From: an uncultured Candidatus Rokubacteria bacterium
GTDB lineage: Bacteria > Methylomirabilota > Methylomirabilia > Rokubacteriales > DASRDR01
DNA length: 64,000 nucleotides
Assembly: GCA_963708025.1 (NCBI GenBank)
Contig: CAVPSB010000024.1
Span: 1 to 64,000 of the forward strand
Reading direction: 5' to 3'
Made by a program: the position numbers and the translations under genes. Under the pieces are notes generated by a model. That model saw only the letters and a list, made by a program, of their open reading frames with translations, ran no database searches and had not been told where the DNA came from. Of the stretch, positions 61,281-64,000 are shown in pieces (the first letter of the stretch is position 1; each line of letters begins with the position of its first letter).

Positions 61281-61985
61281 ATGCCGGCGGACGTCGCGGC
61301 CCTCGACCTCCTGGCCCGCGGGGAGATCGCGGTCAAGGGCCGGATGCCGTGGAGCTCGAACGCGACGTTCCTGGTGGAGCTGCGGCTCGACGACGCCACG
61401 ACGCTCGCCGTGTACAAGCCGGGTCGCGGCGAGCGACCGCTCTGGGACTTCCCCCCGGGGCTCTACCGGCGCGAGATCGCGGCCTATCTCCTGTCGGAGG
61501 CCCTCGGCTGGGGCCTGGTCCCGCTGACGGTGCCGCGGGACGGCCCCCTCGGCGAGGGCTCGCTCCAGCTCTTCGTCCCCGCCGACTTCGAGCAGCACTA
61601 CTTCACGCTCTACGAGCGACCCGAGCACCACGACGCGCTGCGGCGGATCTGCGCCTTCGACCTCCTCGCCAACAGCACCGACCGCAAGAGCGGCCACTGC
61701 CTGCTCGGCCCCGACGGGCGCATCTACGCCGTCAACAACGGGCTCAGCTTCCACATCGAGCCGAAGCTCCGGACGGTCATCTGGGAGTTCGGCGGCCAGC
61801 CGATCCCCGACCGGCTCGTGGAGGACATCCGCCGCCTGCTGGACGCCGACCTGCCCGACGAGCTGGCCGCGCTCCTCTCCCCGGCCGAGGGGAAGGCGCT
61901 GGTCAAGCGCGGCCGCGCGCTGCTGGCGAAGCGCCGCTTCCCGACCGACGAGAGCGGCCACCGCTACCCGTGGCCGCTGGTGTAG
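61281..61985 (+). CDS. SCO1664 family protein (PI3/4-kinase-like fold)
   Basis: SSNATF, VYKPGRGERPLWDFP, DRKSGH, KLRTVIW, YPWP. Confidence 0.9.
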   Translation: MPADVAALDLLARGEIAVKGRMPWSSNATFLVELRLDDATTLAVYKPGRGERPLWDFPPGLYRREIAAYLLSEALGWGLVPLTVPRDGPLGEGSLQLFVPADFEQHYFTLYERPEHHDALRRICAFDLLANSTDRKSGHCLLGPDGRIYAVNNGLSFHIEPKLRTVIWEFGGQPIPDRLVEDIRRLLDADLPDELAALLSPAEGKALVKRGRALLAKRRFPTDESGHRYPWPLV

Positions 61986-62005
61986 CGGCTGAAGGTCGGC
62001 CGTGC

Positions 62006-62041
62006 GGCCGGGGCGCGCCCGGCGATGGGCGCGCCCCGGCC
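62006..62041. terminator. Perfect 15-bp hairpin between convergent genes
   Basis: ggccggggcgcgccc-ggcgat-gggcgcgccccggcc. Confidence 0.65.
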
Positions 62042-62055
62042 ACAGGAAGGGAGGG

Positions 62056-63409
62056 CTACAGGGACCGCAGGAAGTTGAGGAGGTCCTGCTTGGTCGGACT
62101 CGCTCAGGTTGTTGAAGTTGTCGATCACCTTGTTGGCTTCCGAGGACGGGAACTTGGAGTTCCCGGAGCTCCGGTGGGCCTGGATGGCCTCCATGAGATC
62201 GTCGTCCGCCCGTCGTGCAGGAAGAAGATCCGCTGGCCGAGACCCCACAGCGGGGCGGTCCGGAACTCGTCGCCGCGGGCCAGGCCCTGGAGGATGTCGT
62301 CGGCGAGCCCGGGCCCCATGGCGTGGAGCGCCAGGTCGGAGATAGAGGTTCGCGTTCTGGTTGGCCAGGGCGGCCACGGTGGTGTTGACCGGGGTCTTGA
62401 GCGTCGGCGTGTGGCAGAGGTGCGCAGCCGACGTCGGAGAACTTCTGGCGCCCCCGGTCGATCGAAGCCTTGGACACGCTCCCGAACCCGTTGGACGCCG
62501 GCGTCGGCGGCGCCAGGAAGCGCTGGAAGTTGGCAAAGTTGTCGATGGCGTTGAGTGTGCCGGTGCTCTCGGTCACGTCGTTGGGCACGTGGGCGAACTG
62601 GCAGTTCGGATCCTCTTCCCGCTCCTGCTGGAACGACTCGCTGGTGATCCCCATCTCGACGTTGTAGGCCTCGCCGGAGAAGATCTGCAGCGACTTGTTC
62701 TGGGCCTTCCAGCCGAAGCGCGTGATCGTCCCGTCGTTGCCGTTCCGGTTGGGGCGCCCGCTGATACCGAGATTCGCCTTGGTCGAGGAACTGGCGCTCA
62801 GGTTGGCGAGGATCGTGCCGTCGGAGATCTGCTCGATCAGCCCGGCGCCGAAGACCGGCGTGGGGATCCGGAAGATGATGTTGTTGTTCCGGACCTGCCG
62901 CTCGAAGTCCTCCTGCTTGATGTTGCAGCCCCCGGCTTCCGGGTGCCCGGTGATCACGAAGAGGGCGTGGACACCGCCGTCGCGGCTGCCGTCGGGATTG
63001 AACTGGAAGCGCGCCTCGCGGATGGGGCCGTTCGGGCGTGATGAAGGACGGGATGATGTTGCCCTTGAAATTGAACGGGGCCATCACGGCAGCGGAACAG
63101 AGGGTTCTGGGCCGGACTCGTGCCTCCCGGTCGCCGGTTGCGACATGGCAGAACGCGCAACCCGACGCGTTGAACCGCGGTCCGACGCCGTCAGCGAACC
63201 TCCTCGTTCTCCGAGAAGTCCTCCAGACCCTGGTCGAACATGGCCGTCTCCGCGGCGCTCAAGCCCGGCAATGGGACCACCGGCCCCGGCCGGCGTCCGC
63301 CCCGCGCGCCCGGGTCCTTGGCCCCGAAGTCGGCGGGCAGCAACTGGAAGGTTCCCAAGACCAAGAAGGCGATGACGACTCCGAGGGAAATCTTAGCTTT
63401 CACTTGCAC
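62056..63409 (-). CDS. Di-heme oxidoreductase (DHOR)-family secreted protein; several frameshifts
   Basis: GVGPRFN..CAFCH, PVFGAGLIEQI, RFGWKAQ, EAYNVEMG, second CxxCH, EFRTAPLWG, FLHDGR. Confidence 0.8.
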
Positions 63410-63462
63410 AACCTCCCCGCAGGTGTGAACCGCTCGGAACAACCAACGGCCGGGAGGGAAGG

Positions 63463-63478
63463 AGCAACGGCAGTGCCA
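63463..63478 (-). promoter_or_regulatory. Sigma54 -24/-12 promoter for the DHOR gene
   Basis: Minus-strand TGGCACTGCCGTTGCT (GG-N10-GC), ~55 bp upstream of the start. Confidence 0.65.
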
Positions 63479-64000
63479 CGGCCGATGACTGCGGGGACTC
63501 CGGAAATCCAGGGGTTATGGCGAATCGTCCCATCTGGGATTTCTCAGGATCCGGAATCCATGCGGACCGCGGTTCTCATACATGAGAACGCCATCTCGCC
63601 GAAAGCGGGTGCTGGCGCGGATCGCCCCTTGTGCGGGACCGGCAAAGCGCGCTACTCTCACCGCGCGTGCGACGGACGGGAGCCCGGCGCGCGGGGGAAA
63701 CGAGGTGGAGGCTTCCCATGGCCGGGATGCTCCATCCACCGCTTCGATCGACCGGTTCCGGTTCGGGACGTCAGAAGATGCCGGTGATCTCCGCTCCCTT
63801 CATCGGCTCCTGAGGCAGACAGCGGAGGGATTCGGCGCCGTCGGCGCACCCGCCCGTGTGCGGGACCGAACTCCACGACACCGGCCCGCGGGATGCGGGA
63901 GGACAAGGCGCCGTCAATCTTCGACACGACCACGGACGCGGGCTCAGGCCGGTCGTCAGCCACGGTTCCGCCACCGGGATGGCGGCGGCCTCGACCCCGA

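Noticed and set aside
63600-64000. CDS or ncRNA at the right edge
   Set aside because: ORFs lack motifs and host-like codon pattern; no recognisable RNA family

Overview
A 64 kb, very GC-rich bacterial window. Gene content and small hypothetical proteins resemble Candidatus Rokubacteria/Methylomirabilota; this is inference and cannot be verified here. About 60 CDS are recognisable, mostly housekeeping, metabolic or regulatory: a MoxR-like AAA+/VWA pair, oxidoreductases, msrA, pdhA, a class-GN sortase + VIT/VWA target + two-component cassette, a Spy/CpxP-RR-HK module, a glycerol-type ABC transporter with GlpR, ldcA-serine hydrolase-mpl, aroC, the MSMEG_4193/DUF3090/SCO1664 trio and a di-heme oxidoreductase. 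Many genes, including aroC, msrA and mpl, carry 1-nt frameshifts that most likely reflect uncorrected long-read errors. I found no rRNA, tRNA, CRISPR array, integrase or transposase. Two observations stand out. (1) A compositionally foreign ~3.7 kb island (3810-7478) encodes a translationally coupled RHH/winged-helix protein and a large MORC/TopoVIB-like GHKL ATPase. It is flanked on the right by a diverged relic of the 3' end of the upstream VWA gene, and is a candidate uncharacterised defence or DNA-transaction system at an integration hotspot. (2) A modular family of ~90-120 bp C-rich/G-rich hairpin repeats with TCAG/TGAG boundaries and C-GNA-G triloop modules sits repeatedly at stop codons between otherwise coupled genes.
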